NCBI GenBank assembly: GCA_009841335.1
Contig: VXLY01000082.1
Span: forward strand, 86,380-150,379
DNA from: Rhodothermaceae bacterium
Lineage (GTDB): Bacteria > Bacteroidota > Rhodothermia > Rhodothermales > Bin80
Direction of reading: 5' to 3'
DNA length: 64,000 nt
The translations under genes and the position numbers were made by a program. The notes under the pieces are model-generated. The model saw only the letters and a list, made by a program, of their open reading frames with translations. It was not told the DNA's origin and ran no database searches. Positions 25,077 to 35,898 of the stretch are shown piece after piece (position 1 is the stretch's first letter; each line of letters begins with the position of its first letter).

Positions 25077-26552
25077 TCAGCCTTCCCTATTTCCTTCATT
25101 TCTGGGATTCAACACCTCCCTGACTCGATCCTGCCACCTTGTTAATTCTTGGATTTGAGCCCCACCTAGATTCCCCATGGGTTCCATACTATCCCTTAGT
25201 TCGTAGCTGAACACTTGGTCCAAGGTTACCTGACGTCGCTCCCTATGCACTAACTGCCGTGCCCGACAATAATCTTCCCACCGCTCTATTCCGACTTCAT
25301 CCAAAACCTCTGGAAAATTTCTTGCAATGTATCTGAAAATCAGAGGCTCAACGCGTCGATCATTTGATCGGATCGTACGCAAATCAAAATTTGGGCCCTC
25401 CTGCAGAACCTGGTACATCAGAAGTTCATCCTCACCAGAAAAGAAGCCATCGTAAATCGCCTCATCTGGATCCAGCGGTCGGGAATACCGAAGTCTTTTT
25501 TCAGCTGCCTCGAATTCGAGAAACCGATGAAGCGCATGTTGCCGCTCACGGGCAGCATACTCTTGAAGCATTTCGTGGCGCGCTTGTACTTCGGCTTCAC
25601 TCAATTGCATTTTTGCAAGAATATCGTCAATTGACAATCCAGGTGAAACCAATTCCGGCACGTTTGACCACCCACATACAAACGGAGATTGATTGCACTT
25701 GAACGACCGAATTGAACACCAGGCCTTGCGCCTGTCCTCAGGTATCCACTGCTCAAATGGTTTTAGTAGAGGTCTGGGGTCATTCGACAAATCAAAACCG
25801 TAGGCACTGTTACCATTTCGATAATCCAGAGGAGTCAGCAAGGTCGCGCAATGTCGGCTCGTATCAATTTGCCCGACTACATGAAGTACTGGTTCAGTTG
25901 TGCGAATGATATCCAGCACTGTCTTCTTGAAACGTAAGCCCAACGCATACGCCCATAGATCACGAGCCCGTTCACGTACTAGTCTCGCGATGGCTAGCAT
26001 GTGAGCTACATCTGCCACCGCATCGTGAGATGATTCCGATGACCGACTATCCAGGTTTGCTTCCGACAGAAATTCTAGTTGAAAGGACGGCTTCCCGCTA
26101 CTCTTTTTCGGCCAGCGTTTAAGTGCTTCAGGTCTCAAAAGAAATGCTGCCCGCATTAGCTCCAGTGTGTCCCAATACGTGTTTCCATGTTTCCAAGCCC
26201 AGGCATACGGATCCCGCAGGTTACGATAGAACAGCATCCTGGTCATCTCATGATCGAAGCCCATGCCGTTGTATGCCACACTGCACGTACCTCTCTTGCT
26301 CAATTCAGCATGAATTAATCTGGCAAACTCACTTTCCGGTAATCCCTCTCTGTGAGCTTGCATCGGCATTATCCCATGAACACTGACCGCACCCGGTCCA
26401 ATAGGACAATCCAGCCCCGGCTTACACTTTAACTGAATTGGAGGCGCAAGCTCAACCAGTTCTTCATCCGTTCTCACCCCGCCAAACTGTACGATGCGAT
26501 CTCGGCGCACATCCTTCCCCCAAGTTTCATAGTCATACCAGAAAAACTCCAT
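25077..26552 (-). CDS. sbcB: exodeoxyribonuclease I
   Basis: FFWYDYETWGKDVRRDRIVQFGGVRTD, HGIMP, YNGMGFDHEMTRMLFYRNLRDPYAWAW, SHDAVADV and FRYIARNFPE are colinear with E. coli SbcB as I remember it. Confidence 0.9.
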   Translation of the reverse strand: MEFFWYDYETWGKDVRRDRIVQFGGVRTDEELVELAPPIQLKCKPGLDCPIGPGAVSVHGIMPMQAHREGLPESEFARLIHAELSKRGTCSVAYNGMGFDHEMTRMLFYRNLRDPYAWAWKHGNTYWDTLELMRAAFLLRPEALKRWPKKSSGKPSFQLEFLSEANLDSRSSESSHDAVADVAHMLAIARLVRERARDLWAYALGLRFKKTVLDIIRTTEPVLHVVGQIDTSRHCATLLTPLDYRNGNSAYGFDLSNDPRPLLKPFEQWIPEDRRKAWCSIRSFKCNQSPFVCGWSNVPELVSPGLSIDDILAKMQLSEAEVQARHEMLQEYAARERQHALHRFLEFEAAEKRLRYSRPLDPDEAIYDGFFSGEDELLMYQVLQEGPNFDLRTIRSNDRRVEPLIFRYIARNFPEVLDEVGIERWEDYCRARQLVHRERRQVTLDQVFSYELRDSMEPMGNLGGAQIQELTRWQDRVREVLNPRNEGNREG

Positions 26553-26631
26553 TTTATTTAATACGGGTGCCTAATAATCGGCAGGATAAAATGCCCTTTA
26601 CTCTGATTCTTAAATATTAGTCGCTTACAGT

Positions 26632-28560
26632 TCAATCCGAATACTCTGTCAATCCTTGACGCAGGAAGGCTTCAAACCTTTCGGCCGATACGACTCCACT
26701 CAACCGTATTAGTGGCTGCTCCGGCCTCCGTCCGTCAACGATCGCATATGTGGGAAGTGCACGGGTACCGGTCAGATTCTCCTGAAAGGTTTGAAATTCT
26801 CGCCCCCCAGGACCATCTGTGTAGAGCCGGCTCAATACGAAATCACTCGCAAACAGCTTACTTACCTCTCCACGCTCAAACACATTCACCTCCATCTCCC
26901 TGCAGTTCGTGCAGGTGTAGCCTGAAAAGTCAATAAACAGTGGTTGATTACGTAAAGTCGCTTCTGAAAATGCACTGGGCAGGTCATCCGTAATCCACTC
27001 TTGCCGAACCCCACTTTCAAATGATCCTACTACAAACTCGTCCGGCCCACGCGGCGGCAAATACGCATCCAGCCGCCCAAGTCGCCCACCAAACAGACCG
27101 GGCAACATATAGACTGCCAGCCCCAGAAACAGAACCCCGAACAACAGTCGTCCCGCACCAATGCGTGCACTCGCGGTATCGAGCGACAACCGCAAGTGTC
27201 CAATCAGATAGAGGCCTGCCAATGCAGCAAGTACTACCCAGAATGCTATCGCCAACGACCTGTCAATCAATCCAAAGCCCCAAACCAGATCGGCATTGGA
27301 GAAAAATTTGACTGCAGCTGCAATTTCAATAAAACCAAAAATGATCGCAACCTCTCGCATCCAGCCCCCACTGCCTGGGAGTGCCTTCAAAGCTCTGGGA
27401 AAACATGCGAATGCCACGAATGGAAGCGCGAACGTAATACTGAATGTGCCCATCCCCAGGACTCCGTAAAACCAACTCCCCGAAGCAATACTAGGAAGCA
27501 ATAGACCTACAAACGGTACTGTGCATGTGAATGAAACGAGCGTGAGTGCCAGCCCCATAAAGAATACACCAACATAGTCCTGACGCTCCCTCCCTTTGCG
27601 ATCAAACCAGTTCACCAGCTTAGACGGCAGCTTAATGTTGAACAAACCCAATAGCGACAATCCGAAAAGCAAAAAAGCCGTCGCTATGGTGAGATTAACC
27701 CAGGGATTCGCAGCCACGATTTGAGTACCTGCACTGCCTACAAGTATGGAAAGAGCAACGCCTAGGCCTGTAAAGGTGACCACGATGGCGACACCATATA
27801 GTAAGGCCATGCGAAACGGCGTGCCCTGAGCATGATGTGTGAAGTATGAGACCGTGAGCGGAATCATAGGATAGACACACGGCATCAGCAGCGCGCCAAA
27901 ACCTGCCCCGATAGCTAATAGCAAAAACCCGAACAATCCGGAAGAGTCGCTTGACTCCATGTCGGAAATAGGTAGATCCTCAACGCTGAGTAAATCAACT
28001 GAATTAGGCAATTCTAGCGGCGCAACCGTCGCAATGGGTACGCTCCTCAATGGGGCTGATGCTTCGGTGAAAACTGCCGAAAACTCATGGGAGTCCGGGG
28101 GAAGGCAGATCCGATTGTTGCAGATCATGAACTCGATGCTGCCATGGATTTCCCCGCCAGAAAAATCTGGCCCTACCGCGTAGTCTGCCCAAACAAGTGA
28201 CCGCCCAACGAAATAAGTAACAACCTTGTCGAAAAACGGATCAAACCCGGACTGCACCTTAACCTGATTCAATGAATCTAATTCGGTCAGACCAATAGGA
28301 AAGGATTCGAAATGCACGTTAAGTGCTCGGCTAGGCGGGGGAGAGTCTAGCGCATACATTCGCCAAGCTCCTCCTTCTGGTTCATTCGCAGGCAAGCTGC
28401 CTTCGAAAACTACTCGCGCACGCTCACCGTGATATTCCGCCCTGGTCAGCCACGATACGGTAGACTGACCCACCAGATCACTGACACTTACCAGTGACCA
28501 CAAAAGCAGGATCAAGAACGAGGCGGCCCGTCTAGGATAGGCTACCAGTCGGAACCACAT
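26632..28560 (-). CDS. dsbD: thiol:disulfide interchange protein DsbD-like (N-terminal domain, DsbD/CcdA membrane core, C-terminal thioredoxin)
   Basis: Membrane core with LLMPCVYPMIPL and SFTCTVPF motifs, and C-terminal Trx FIDFSGYTCTNCREME. The ATG at 28560 gives MWFRLVAYPRRAASFLILLLW. The longest ORF (28638) runs deep into rplI. Confidence 0.85.
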   Translation of the reverse strand: MWFRLVAYPRRAASFLILLLWSLVSVSDLVGQSTVSWLTRAEYHGERARVVFEGSLPANEPEGGAWRMYALDSPPPSRALNVHFESFPIGLTELDSLNQVKVQSGFDPFFDKVVTYFVGRSLVWADYAVGPDFSGGEIHGSIEFMICNNRICLPPDSHEFSAVFTEASAPLRSVPIATVAPLELPNSVDLLSVEDLPISDMESSDSSGLFGFLLLAIGAGFGALLMPCVYPMIPLTVSYFTHHAQGTPFRMALLYGVAIVVTFTGLGVALSILVGSAGTQIVAANPWVNLTIATAFLLFGLSLLGLFNIKLPSKLVNWFDRKGRERQDYVGVFFMGLALTLVSFTCTVPFVGLLLPSIASGSWFYGVLGMGTFSITFALPFVAFACFPRALKALPGSGGWMREVAIIFGFIEIAAAVKFFSNADLVWGFGLIDRSLAIAFWVVLAALAGLYLIGHLRLSLDTASARIGAGRLLFGVLFLGLAVYMLPGLFGGRLGRLDAYLPPRGPDEFVVGSFESGVRQEWITDDLPSAFSEATLRNQPLFIDFSGYTCTNCREMEVNVFERGEVSKLFASDFVLSRLYTDGPGGREFQTFQENLTGTRALPTYAIVDGRRPEQPLIRLSGVVSAERFEAFLRQGLTEYSD

Positions 28561-28987
28561 GCACACTGAGTTCAGCATGTATTTCCGTATGTAACTTGAC
28601 CGTCGCTTTATATTCACCAAGGACCTTGATGTCCTCATTTAGGGTAATGGTACGGCGATCAATATTGAAGCCTTGCAGGGCCAATCCGAGGGCAACCTGC
28701 TGGGGCGTGATTGTACCAAAAATTCGGTTCTCCGCACCCACCTTCGCTTCGACTTTGACTACCACATTCTCCAATTGATTCCGAATCTCTTCCGCATTAT
28801 TGCGCTCCTGGGCGCGGCGCCTAGCCTGCTGACGCATTTGATCCTCCAGCGCTCTGACGACACCGGGAGTAGCCATTTGTGCCAGCCCCTGAGGAATGAG
28901 CCAGTTGCGCCCATACCCGTTCTTTACACTCACGACATCTCCCTCACTGCCAAGGTTCTTGACGTCGTTCAAGAGTATTACCTTCAT
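28532..28987 (-). CDS. rplI: 50S ribosomal protein L9
   Basis: MKVILLNDVKNLGSEGDVVSVKNGYGRNWLIPQGLA. Confidence 0.95.
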   Translation of the reverse strand: MKVILLNDVKNLGSEGDVVSVKNGYGRNWLIPQGLAQMATPGVVRALEDQMRQQARRRAQERNNAEEIRNQLENVVVKVEAKVGAENRIFGTITPQQVALGLALQGFNIDRRTITLNEDIKVLGEYKATVKLHTEIHAELSVHVVPTGSLS

Positions 28988-29021
28988 TGAATACAATCTT
29001 TAAGGTCGTTACAAATTGTGC

Positions 29022-29591
29022 CTAGCGCACCGAGTCAGCGACGTAAGGCATCAAAGCGAGATGCCGTGCACGCTTAATCGCCCGAGCAATCGCACGCTGT
29101 TTTTTTGCAGGAACATCCAGGACTCGCCTGGGAAGCATCTTACCTTGCTCGTTGACAAAGCGTCTCAGGTAGTCAGTGTCCTTGTAATCGATATACTTCC
29201 GAGGCGATCCAGCCGTAGTTGTCTCGGCGTTCACTTGATTCTCAGCTACACCCTGCCTGCCTGCCGTGCGCGTATGGAAATGAGCCACCATGCTCTTGTC
29301 CATCGCCAGAATTAATGAGCGCAAAACATTGTCGTCAATGGTAAGTGCGCGTTCAATGCGTGGAATCAAAGTACCTGGACCCTCAAAATAGAGGTTCACG
29401 TAGTAACCGTTCTTTTTCTTGTCCACGGGGTAGGCAAGCTTGCGTGCTCCCCATTCCTCAACTTCGCTGATTGAGCCTCCGGCGCTTTCGATGATCTCGT
29501 TCACCCGAACAACAACCTCGGCGGTCTGTTCGCTCGTGAGCACCGAAGTTAGGATGTACGTCAGTTCGTACATCTTCCGATTCATTGTCAT
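29022..29591 (-). CDS. rpsF: 30S ribosomal proteins S6 and S18 encoded as one continuous ORF (apparent rpsF-rpsR fusion)
   Basis: aa 7-105 is S6-like ([33 protein letters not shown]). aa ~140-189 is S18 ([51 protein letters not shown]). I re-translated 29161-29340 by hand and found no stop between the two parts. Confidence 0.85.
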   Translation of the reverse strand: MTMNRKMYELTYILTSVLTSEQTAEVVVRVNEIIESAGGSISEVEEWGARKLAYPVDKKKNGYYVNLYFEGPGTLIPRIERALTIDDNVLRSLILAMDKSMVAHFHTRTAGRQGVAENQVNAETTTAGSPRKYIDYKDTDYLRRFVNEQGKMLPRRVLDVPAKKQRAIARAIKRARHLALMPYVADSVR

Positions 29592-29694
29592 ACTTATCCC
29601 TACGGAATGACTTAGTTATTGATTGGTCATGCCCCTGTGTCTCGCAGGAGCAGGGCAAGGAGAGTTTCTATGCCTGATTGATGAGAGGGTTCCG

Positions 29695-30771
29695 TTAGGC
29701 ATTCGCCATACGACCCACATGATCTGTCGCCCGCAAAGCCTCAACCAGCTCATGGAGCTCGCCTTCAATCACTTTGCGCAGCGGATGATTCTTCTGATTC
29801 CCCTCCAGACGGTGATCCGTCACGCGATCCTGCGGGAAGTTATAAGTCCGAATCTTAACGGATCGATCTCCTGATCCAACTGCTTTTCTGCGGACGGCAT
29901 CACGCTCAGCATTAACCTCGTTAAGCTTCTGCTCGTATAGACGTGAACGAAGAACACGCATTGCCTTGTCCTTGTTCTTGTGTTGACTCTTCTCGTCCTG
30001 ACATGTAACCACCAATCCGGTTGGTATGTGTGTAATCCGAACCGCAGAATCTGTCGTGTTCACGCTCTGCCCACCTGGACCACTGGAACGATAAACATCA
30101 ATCTTCAGGTGATTAGGTTCAATCTTGACCTCGACATCTGTTGCTTCCGGCAATACAGCTACACTCGCTGCCGACGTATGTACTCTCCCGCTAGACTCGG
30201 TTTGTGGCACCCTCTGAACGCGGTGAACCCCATTTTCATATTTGAGATTGCCAAAAACATTTTTCCCACTCACACCGAACACGACCTCTTTGAATCCACC
30301 CAGAACACCTCCGGAACTGTTCATAATTGAGATATTCCATCCCTTGCTGGCGGCATAGCGCTCATATAGCCTGAACAGATCGGCTGCAAAAAGGGCGGCC
30401 TCATCGCCGCCCGTACCCGCGCGAATTTCGACGATAGCGTCCCGCGCATCGGTAGGATCCTTTGGGATAAGGGCCCGATGCAAGGCCGCCTCCATTCTTG
30501 GGAGCCGGGATGTCAGCACATCCAATTCCTCACGCGCCAGCGCCACCAACTCCGCGTCCTTCTCCGAGTTGATCAGCTTATGCATCTCCTCCACCTCCGA
30601 GAGTGTGGTCTCGTACTTCTGGATCGCCTGCACAACCTCCGAGAGCTCCCTGTGCTCGGGTCCCAGAGTAGCCATCTGCTTGGGATCTGCCGCCGTTTCA
30701 GGGTCTGCAATAAGATCCGTGAGCGACTGGAAGCGCTCTTTTATCTCTTTTCGTTTTTCAAAATCAATCAT
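29695..30771 (-). CDS. prfA: peptide chain release factor 1
   Basis: GGQ motif (SGPGGQSVNTTDSAVRITHIPTG) and RF1-type PxT tripeptide (QRVPQTESSGRVHTS). Confidence 0.95.
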   Translation of the reverse strand: MIDFEKRKEIKERFQSLTDLIADPETAADPKQMATLGPEHRELSEVVQAIQKYETTLSEVEEMHKLINSEKDAELVALAREELDVLTSRLPRMEAALHRALIPKDPTDARDAIVEIRAGTGGDEAALFAADLFRLYERYAASKGWNISIMNSSGGVLGGFKEVVFGVSGKNVFGNLKYENGVHRVQRVPQTESSGRVHTSAASVAVLPEATDVEVKIEPNHLKIDVYRSSGPGGQSVNTTDSAVRITHIPTGLVVTCQDEKSQHKNKDKAMRVLRSRLYEQKLNEVNAERDAVRRKAVGSGDRSVKIRTYNFPQDRVTDHRLEGNQKNHPLRKVIEGELHELVEALRATDHVGRMANA

Positions 30772-30834
30772 CCATCTATTGGGCTGGTGATTTACCCACG
30801 AAACCCACGCACTACGGAATGTGGCGCAAAATGA

Positions 30835-31881
30835 CTATTGACGAAGCCCGTTGGTCTCCCCGCCCTCGGTTAAACTACGACCGACCACTTTGGCAACTTC
30901 CCGAATCTGGACGATCAATTCAGCGAACTGATCAAAGTTAAGCGCACTCAATCCGGCACCAGATACGTTAGCCGGATCATGATGTACATCAACCATGATC
31001 CCATCTGCACCCGCTGCAACCGCTGCACGAGCCAAGGGGATAATGTAGTTCCGCATGCCTGTACTCCTGCACGGATCCACAAAAACAGGCAGATGGCTCT
31101 TGGCTTTAACAACGGACACCGCTGATAAATCCAGTGAATAGCGCGTTGCTGTCTCAAATGTACGAATACCACGCTCGCACAAAATGATCTGCGTATTTCC
31201 ACATCTCATAACATACTCCGCCGACATTAGCCATTCCTCTATAGTGGCAGACAGACCGCGCTCGAGAAGGAGTGGTTTATTTGACGTTCCAAGTGCACGC
31301 AGCAACTCAAAATTCTGCATATTGCGAGCTCCCACCTGCAGGATGTCCGCATATTCCGACATCATATCCAAGCGGGCTACATCCGTAACCTCAATGGCTA
31401 CCTTCAAATCACCCTTGTCGGCTGCCTGACGGATTAATTCCAGCCTACCCTCTTCTACTCCATAAAACTCATAAAAAGATGTGCGCGGTTTGAGAATATT
31501 TCCACGGAAGAGTGATGCTCCGTGGGAAGCAACATGTGCGGTCGTTGCTTTTATCTGTTCTTCGCTTTCTACACTGCAAGGTCCGGCCATTACGGTGATC
31601 GAGCGTTCTCCAATACGCAACCCTCCTACATCAACGACCGTCGACGCGTTACGCCCTGCGCGGCTGGCTAGCTTGTAGGCTTCAGTCACACGCTTCACGT
31701 CTGCAACTCCTTTGAGCCCCCGAATAATGCGATGATCAAATCCCGGTTTGACTCCAATGGCCCCCAGAACGGTCTGGTTAACTCCACTGGAACGGTGAAC
31801 GTTAAATCCAAACGCGCTCAAATTAGCAATGACAGCCTCGATCTCCTCTTGCGAGGCATCGCGTTTCATAATAACAACCAT
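30835..31881 (-). CDS. 3-deoxy-7-phosphoheptulonate (DAHP) synthase, type I-beta with N-terminal ferredoxin-like regulatory domain
   Basis: MVVIMKRDASQEEIEAVIANLSAFGFNVHRSSG regulatory domain, then the core AGPCSVESEEQ, FRGNILKPRTS, LLERG, DPCRSTG. The ATG at 31881 avoids overlap with lptB. Confidence 0.85.
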   Translation of the reverse strand: MVVIMKRDASQEEIEAVIANLSAFGFNVHRSSGVNQTVLGAIGVKPGFDHRIIRGLKGVADVKRVTEAYKLASRAGRNASTVVDVGGLRIGERSITVMAGPCSVESEEQIKATTAHVASHGASLFRGNILKPRTSFYEFYGVEEGRLELIRQAADKGDLKVAIEVTDVARLDMMSEYADILQVGARNMQNFELLRALGTSNKPLLLERGLSATIEEWLMSAEYVMRCGNTQIILCERGIRTFETATRYSLDLSAVSVVKAKSHLPVFVDPCRSTGMRNYIIPLARAAVAAGADGIMVDVHHDPANVSGAGLSALNFDQFAELIVQIREVAKVVGRSLTEGGETNGLRQ

Positions 31882-31933
31882 AATCTCACCAAGATTGCAT
31901 CTTGCGTTTTTAACTTCAGCACTGGCCGCGCGT

Positions 31934-32674
31934 TCAGCGATAGCGCTCAAGTGTAAATTTTTCACCGAGATAATGCTTGCGCACGTCGGGGTCAGAGGCT
32001 AATTGCTCTGCTGTTCCAGACTTCATTATCCTTCCGTCAAAAAGCAGATAAGCCCGATCAGTTATGGCCAGCGTTTCGTGAACATTGTGATCGGTGATCA
32101 GCACTCCTATATCCAAGTCTGCCAACTGACGCACAATAGTCTGTATATACTCGACCGTGATCGGATCTACCCCGGCAAACGGCTCATCCAATAAGAAAAA
32201 ACTGGGTTCAAGCGCCATAGAGCGTGCAATCTCTGTTCGACGACGCTCCCCACCAGAGAGCGTATAGGCTTTGGCTTTCCTTACGGTATCCAATCCAAAC
32301 TGCGTAATCAATCTGTCTACACGCTCAGCGCGCTCTGGCTTGGGCAGTTTTTGAAACTCCAGTACCGCGTGAAGATTTTGCTCTACCGTCAGTTTCTGAA
32401 ACACACTCGTCTCCTGTGCGAGGTAACCCAATCCAAGACGGGCCCGCCTGTACATCGGCAGAGTTGTAATGTCCATGTCGCCGAGATAGATTTGTCCTCG
32501 GTTGGGACGCTCAAGACCCACGATCATATGAAATGATGTTGACTTACCAGCGCCATTTGGACCTAACAGGCCGACAACCTCACCGCGCTGTACCTCGAGT
32601 GATACATCATCCACGACCGTGCGCCTCTTGAAGCGTTTGGTCAATCCTTCTGTTCGAAGTTTTAGCGAGTCCAT
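31934..32674 (-). CDS. lptB: LPS export ABC transporter ATP-binding protein
   Basis: Walker [15 protein letters not shown], signature LSGGERRR, Walker [11 protein letters not shown]. It lies in an OstA/LptC context. Confidence 0.9.
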   Translation of the reverse strand: MDSLKLRTEGLTKRFKRRTVVDDVSLEVQRGEVVGLLGPNGAGKSTSFHMIVGLERPNRGQIYLGDMDITTLPMYRRARLGLGYLAQETSVFQKLTVEQNLHAVLEFQKLPKPERAERVDRLITQFGLDTVRKAKAYTLSGGERRRTEIARSMALEPSFFLLDEPFAGVDPITVEYIQTIVRQLADLDIGVLITDHNVHETLAITDRAYLLFDGRIMKSGTAEQLASDPDVRKHYLGEKFTLERYR

Positions 32675-34059
32675 CGCAATGTGCTCACTAAAGGATGGCT
32701 CAGAAGCCGTTCGCGGATGGGTTTGAGATTCGGCTCCCATCTCAATCCATCAAGCGCGAGAGTGTCGGGCAAGGCAGATTCATGATGTCGTTTCCCCTGC
32801 ACATCCGTACTGAACGTTATACGAAGAGATTCTCCCCAAAATTGCATGATAATTTCGTCTCCTGATGCCTCCCACGCTCCATGAAGCTCACCATCTTCAC
32901 TGCTGTTGAAATGAATCGCCTCTGCATTCGGTCCGATCCTGAAAACGCGTATAGAATCACCCCGGAATGTACCAACAAGACCTTTTCCGCGCCCCTGATT
33001 AATCCGCTTTGTCAAGCTGTCCTCCTCAGCGACAAAAGCATTCCCACGTATAAACAGAGAGTCAAGGGCCCCCTCTTCCGTAACTACGCCAACCGTGTCG
33101 CCAGAGAGCTGAATGTCATCCGCCCATATGAGCGGCTCGCCATAAAACCAGGCAGATTCATGTTGCTCATTTTCTGGTCGATCATAAACCACCGAATCTG
33201 CACGGGCCGCAAAGGACGTTTTCCAGACACGAACATCACGCAACGCCTCAAGCCGAAATCCTTCCTTGCTTTCCTGTATACGAAAGGCCCCCGCCCCGAT
33301 AATGAGCGTATCCACTGAGAGTAAATCACGTTCAAAATGTACCAGTAGTGGATTGCCACGAACAATGCTTAGTGAGTCCTTTGCATTTCGTTCGACCCGT
33401 TCACCTGCAATCCAGGTTGAATCTTCACCTGATACGGTCAAATACAATACTGATCCCCGAGCGAGCGTTATCGCAAAATCTCTGTAATGGGTGAGTGAAT
33501 CAGAAGTCAGTTCTGCGTTCTCAGATTCCATTTTGACATTACCCGTGAGGTCAGCGACCTTGTCCTCAATCTGGTAGACTCCGGCTTCTGCTGTCAGAAC
33601 GGAGATGGAGTCCTCAAGCAAAAGCCCTTGTGGGAACACCGCACGCCGCTCTTCAACGTAATGAGTACCCATGGGGGCCATTGCAACGACTTCTCCATCG
33701 GATAACCGGACATTGCCTACAGCATAGCCTATTTCCGGCTCTTCCTCGTAGTGCAGTGAGTCGGCTCTTAGTGTATCACCATCATCAACCAATACGACTT
33801 TGCCCGTAAAGGTACTTGTGCGCCGGGTTACGTTTCGGATGGCCCGATCCGCCGTCACTTTCGTACTTTCAAGGGTCACCTGTACGTTCCCATCGACGTA
33901 CTGCACAAACTCGTCCCCTTCCTGTTGACCTCTAAGCAGGTCCCCCTCCACGACGACAGAATCCGTATCCGCGTGGATGAATACATTTATTTCATACTCG
34001 TAATGATTGCCTTTCGGCATTAGCAGCACAACCAGCAGCCACAGTGTTATACACCTCAT
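32662..34059 (-). CDS. OstA/LptA-like periplasmic protein (long, repeated OstA-N-type beta-jellyroll)
   Basis: Signal peptide and repeated GNV..L....V.AD patterns ([17 protein letters not shown]; [14 protein letters not shown]; [16 protein letters not shown]). It lies between the lptC-like gene and lptB. Confidence 0.65.
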   Translation of the reverse strand: MRCITLWLLVVLLMPKGNHYEYEINVFIHADTDSVVVEGDLLRGQQEGDEFVQYVDGNVQVTLESTKVTADRAIRNVTRRTSTFTGKVVLVDDGDTLRADSLHYEEEPEIGYAVGNVRLSDGEVVAMAPMGTHYVEERRAVFPQGLLLEDSISVLTAEAGVYQIEDKVADLTGNVKMESENAELTSDSLTHYRDFAITLARGSVLYLTVSGEDSTWIAGERVERNAKDSLSIVRGNPLLVHFERDLLSVDTLIIGAGAFRIQESKEGFRLEALRDVRVWKTSFAARADSVVYDRPENEQHESAWFYGEPLIWADDIQLSGDTVGVVTEEGALDSLFIRGNAFVAEEDSLTKRINQGRGKGLVGTFRGDSIRVFRIGPNAEAIHFNSSEDGELHGAWEASGDEIIMQFWGESLRITFSTDVQGKRHHESALPDTLALDGLRWEPNLKPIRERLLSHPLVSTLRWTR

Positions 34060-34670
34060 GAGTCAAACACAACTTCGGCCCTAAACTCACCAATCTGGTA
34101 GGACGACAGGTCCTCCGAAGCCTCTAGGCCTGTTCCCGAAACCACTTCATCAGGTGTAGTAATCTGAACGAATCGGTCTGTACGAAGCAACCGATCGTCC
34201 TCCCTCCATTCAATCCACTCGGACACAAGGGTTCGATCATCGCTCGTTTGTATGACCACCTCCCCCTCAGCGACAAAGCGCATTTCTAAGTCGTAGTAAG
34301 ATACACGATTCGCTTCAAGCATGGCGGAAAGCGCCCCTGAGGAGTCGTAGATTTCTACCTCGACCTTGTTTTCTATTCCCTGCAGAAGCTGAACAAAGTT
34401 ATCTTCCTCTTCCACCCATTCTACATAGTCTGCGGCAATGATCAACCTCGTACGGCTGGTGTCAGCATTTGAATCTGCCTGTGAGATTACACTTGTAACA
34501 TTCCAGCTTTCCTGAGAAGGACCCGGCGGAAGCTGTGCCGGAATCTTGGAAGCGTCCTGATATTTGCAGGAAACAGGAGCCCATGCCAGCAAAATGATCG
34601 CCCCTAAAAACGTTGAGGCCGGAAAAACTTTACCGATGGGTAATGAGAGAATTTGTGCCGGCGAATTCAA
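34056..34670 (-). CDS. LptC-like periplasmic lipoprotein
   Basis: The longest ORF (to 34748) overlaps tRNA-Gly. The in-frame TTG at 34670 gives MNSPAQILSLPIGKVFPASTFLGAIILLAWAPVSC (lipobox). A 4-nt overlap links it to the OstA-like gene. The function is inferred mainly from position. Confidence 0.5.
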   Translation of the reverse strand: MNSPAQILSLPIGKVFPASTFLGAIILLAWAPVSCKYQDASKIPAQLPPGPSQESWNVTSVISQADSNADTSRTRLIIAADYVEWVEEEDNFVQLLQGIENKVEVEIYDSSGALSAMLEANRVSYYDLEMRFVAEGEVVIQTSDDRTLVSEWIEWREDDRLLRTDRFVQITTPDEVVSGTGLEASEDLSSYQIGEFRAEVVFDS

Positions 34671-34706
34671 AGACCAGGGAAAGCGTATGCGCCGAGGAGT
34701 GTGTTG

Positions 34707-34779
34707 AGCGGGAAACGAGACTCGAACTCGCGACCTTCTGCATGGCAAGCAGATGCTCTACCAACTGAGCTATTCCCGC
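34707..34779 (-). tRNA. tRNA-Gly (anticodon GCC)
   Basis: The reverse complement is GCGGGAATAGCTCAGTTGGTAGAGCATCTGCTTGCCATGCAGAAGGTCGCGAGTTCGAGTCTCGTTTCCCGCT, 73 nt. It forms a full cloverleaf with a 7-bp acceptor stem, anticodon loop TTGCCAT and T-loop GTTCGAGTC. CCA is not encoded. Confidence 0.95.
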
Positions 34780-34842
34780 GGCAAGAATTCAACCGAGTGG
34801 TACTTCTAAAATCCTTCAGCTGTTCCGACCATACCTCTGCAC

Positions 34843-35898
34843 TTATCCCTTTCGCGGCTGCAATAACCCCTTCTTAAGTAGTAATTCAGCATTGAGAATG
34901 GCGCCGCCTGCGGCACCACGGATTGTATTGTGAGAGAGAACTACAAACTTGTGATCAAAAACCTCGCAGGGGCGAATCCTGCCAATACTAACGGTCATGC
35001 CACCCCCAAGCTCTGAATGACGCCGCGGCTGTGGAAATCGGTCATCCTCAAACACACGCAGAAATCGGTCAGGTTCACTAGGAAGTTCCAAGTCTCGAAT
35101 TGGACTTACAAAGGATTCAAATGCTTCACGCACCTCGTCCGAGTTTGCACGCGATCCCAGTTTGACTGAAACACACTCCAAGTGTCCCTCAAGAACTGGA
35201 ACACGGTTGCACTGCGCACTAATCGTAATACCCTCGGTTTGAATCGCGCCTTTCACCAATCTACCCAAGAGTTTATTCGGCTCGTGAACCAGCTTATCTT
35301 CTTCTCCACCAATAAAAGGCACAACATTGGCGAGCGCATCCAGAGACGGGACACCTGGATGCCCCGCGCCGGAAAGGGCCTGCATCGTCGTGACCTGAAC
35401 AGCCTCCAGGCCAAATGCATCATGAAGTGGTTTGAGCGCGCAAGTCAGGCCGACCGTGGAACAGTTCGGATTGGTGACAATGTACCCCCCTCGTCCCCAA
35501 TTCTGGTTGTTTATTAGTGCAATATGATCAGGATTAACTTCGGGGATCAGAAGGGGCACATCCTTGTGCATCCTGAAGCTTTTTGCATTGGAAATCACCG
35601 GATACCCTTCGCTCGCCAATCTGGGTTCCGCACGATCAGCCAACGAGGCGGGCAACCCCGAGAACACAAAATCACATGATAGATCGGTATTCAATAACGC
35701 CACCTCCATTGAGGCGATGGCTTCCGGTATAGGTGCACTGCCAATCCAGTTGACGACCTCGCTGTATTGATATCCAGCCGATCTGTCAGATGCAGCCAAG
35801 TCTGTGATTTCGAACCAGGGATGACCCTCAAGCAGCTCAACAAATTTCTGCCCAACAGCACCTGTAGCCCCAAGAATTCCCGCTCTGAGCTTTGTCAT
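34843..35898 (-). CDS. asd: aspartate-semialdehyde dehydrogenase
   Basis: GILGATGAVGQKF (NADP), active-site NPNCSTVGL, SGAG, and HNTIRGAAGGAILNAELL. Confidence 0.95.
   Translation of the reverse strand: MTKLRAGILGATGAVGQKFVELLEGHPWFEITDLAASDRSAGYQYSEVVNWIGSAPIPEAIASMEVALLNTDLSCDFVFSGLPASLADRAEPRLASEGYPVISNAKSFRMHKDVPLLIPEVNPDHIALINNQNWGRGGYIVTNPNCSTVGLTCALKPLHDAFGLEAVQVTTMQALSGAGHPGVPSLDALANVVPFIGGEEDKLVHEPNKLLGRLVKGAIQTEGITISAQCNRVPVLEGHLECVSVKLGSRANSDEVREAFESFVSPIRDLELPSEPDRFLRVFEDDRFPQPRRHSELGGGMTVSIGRIRPCEVFDHKFVVLSHNTIRGAAGGAILNAELLLKKGLLQPRKG

Noticed and set aside
29200-29300. Whether the S6/S18 fusion is just my misreading of two adjacent genes
   Set aside because: I rejected the two-gene reading. 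Hand translation of 29161-29340 (minus strand) gives ..[50 protein letters not shown].. with no stop. Separate internal initiation of S18 remains possible and is noted in the finding.
34671-34748. N-terminal 26 codons of the longest LptC-like ORF
   Set aside because: This segment is the reverse strand of tRNA-Gly(GCC) (34707..34779). The CDS was trimmed to the in-frame TTG at 34670, which yields a proper lipoprotein signal.
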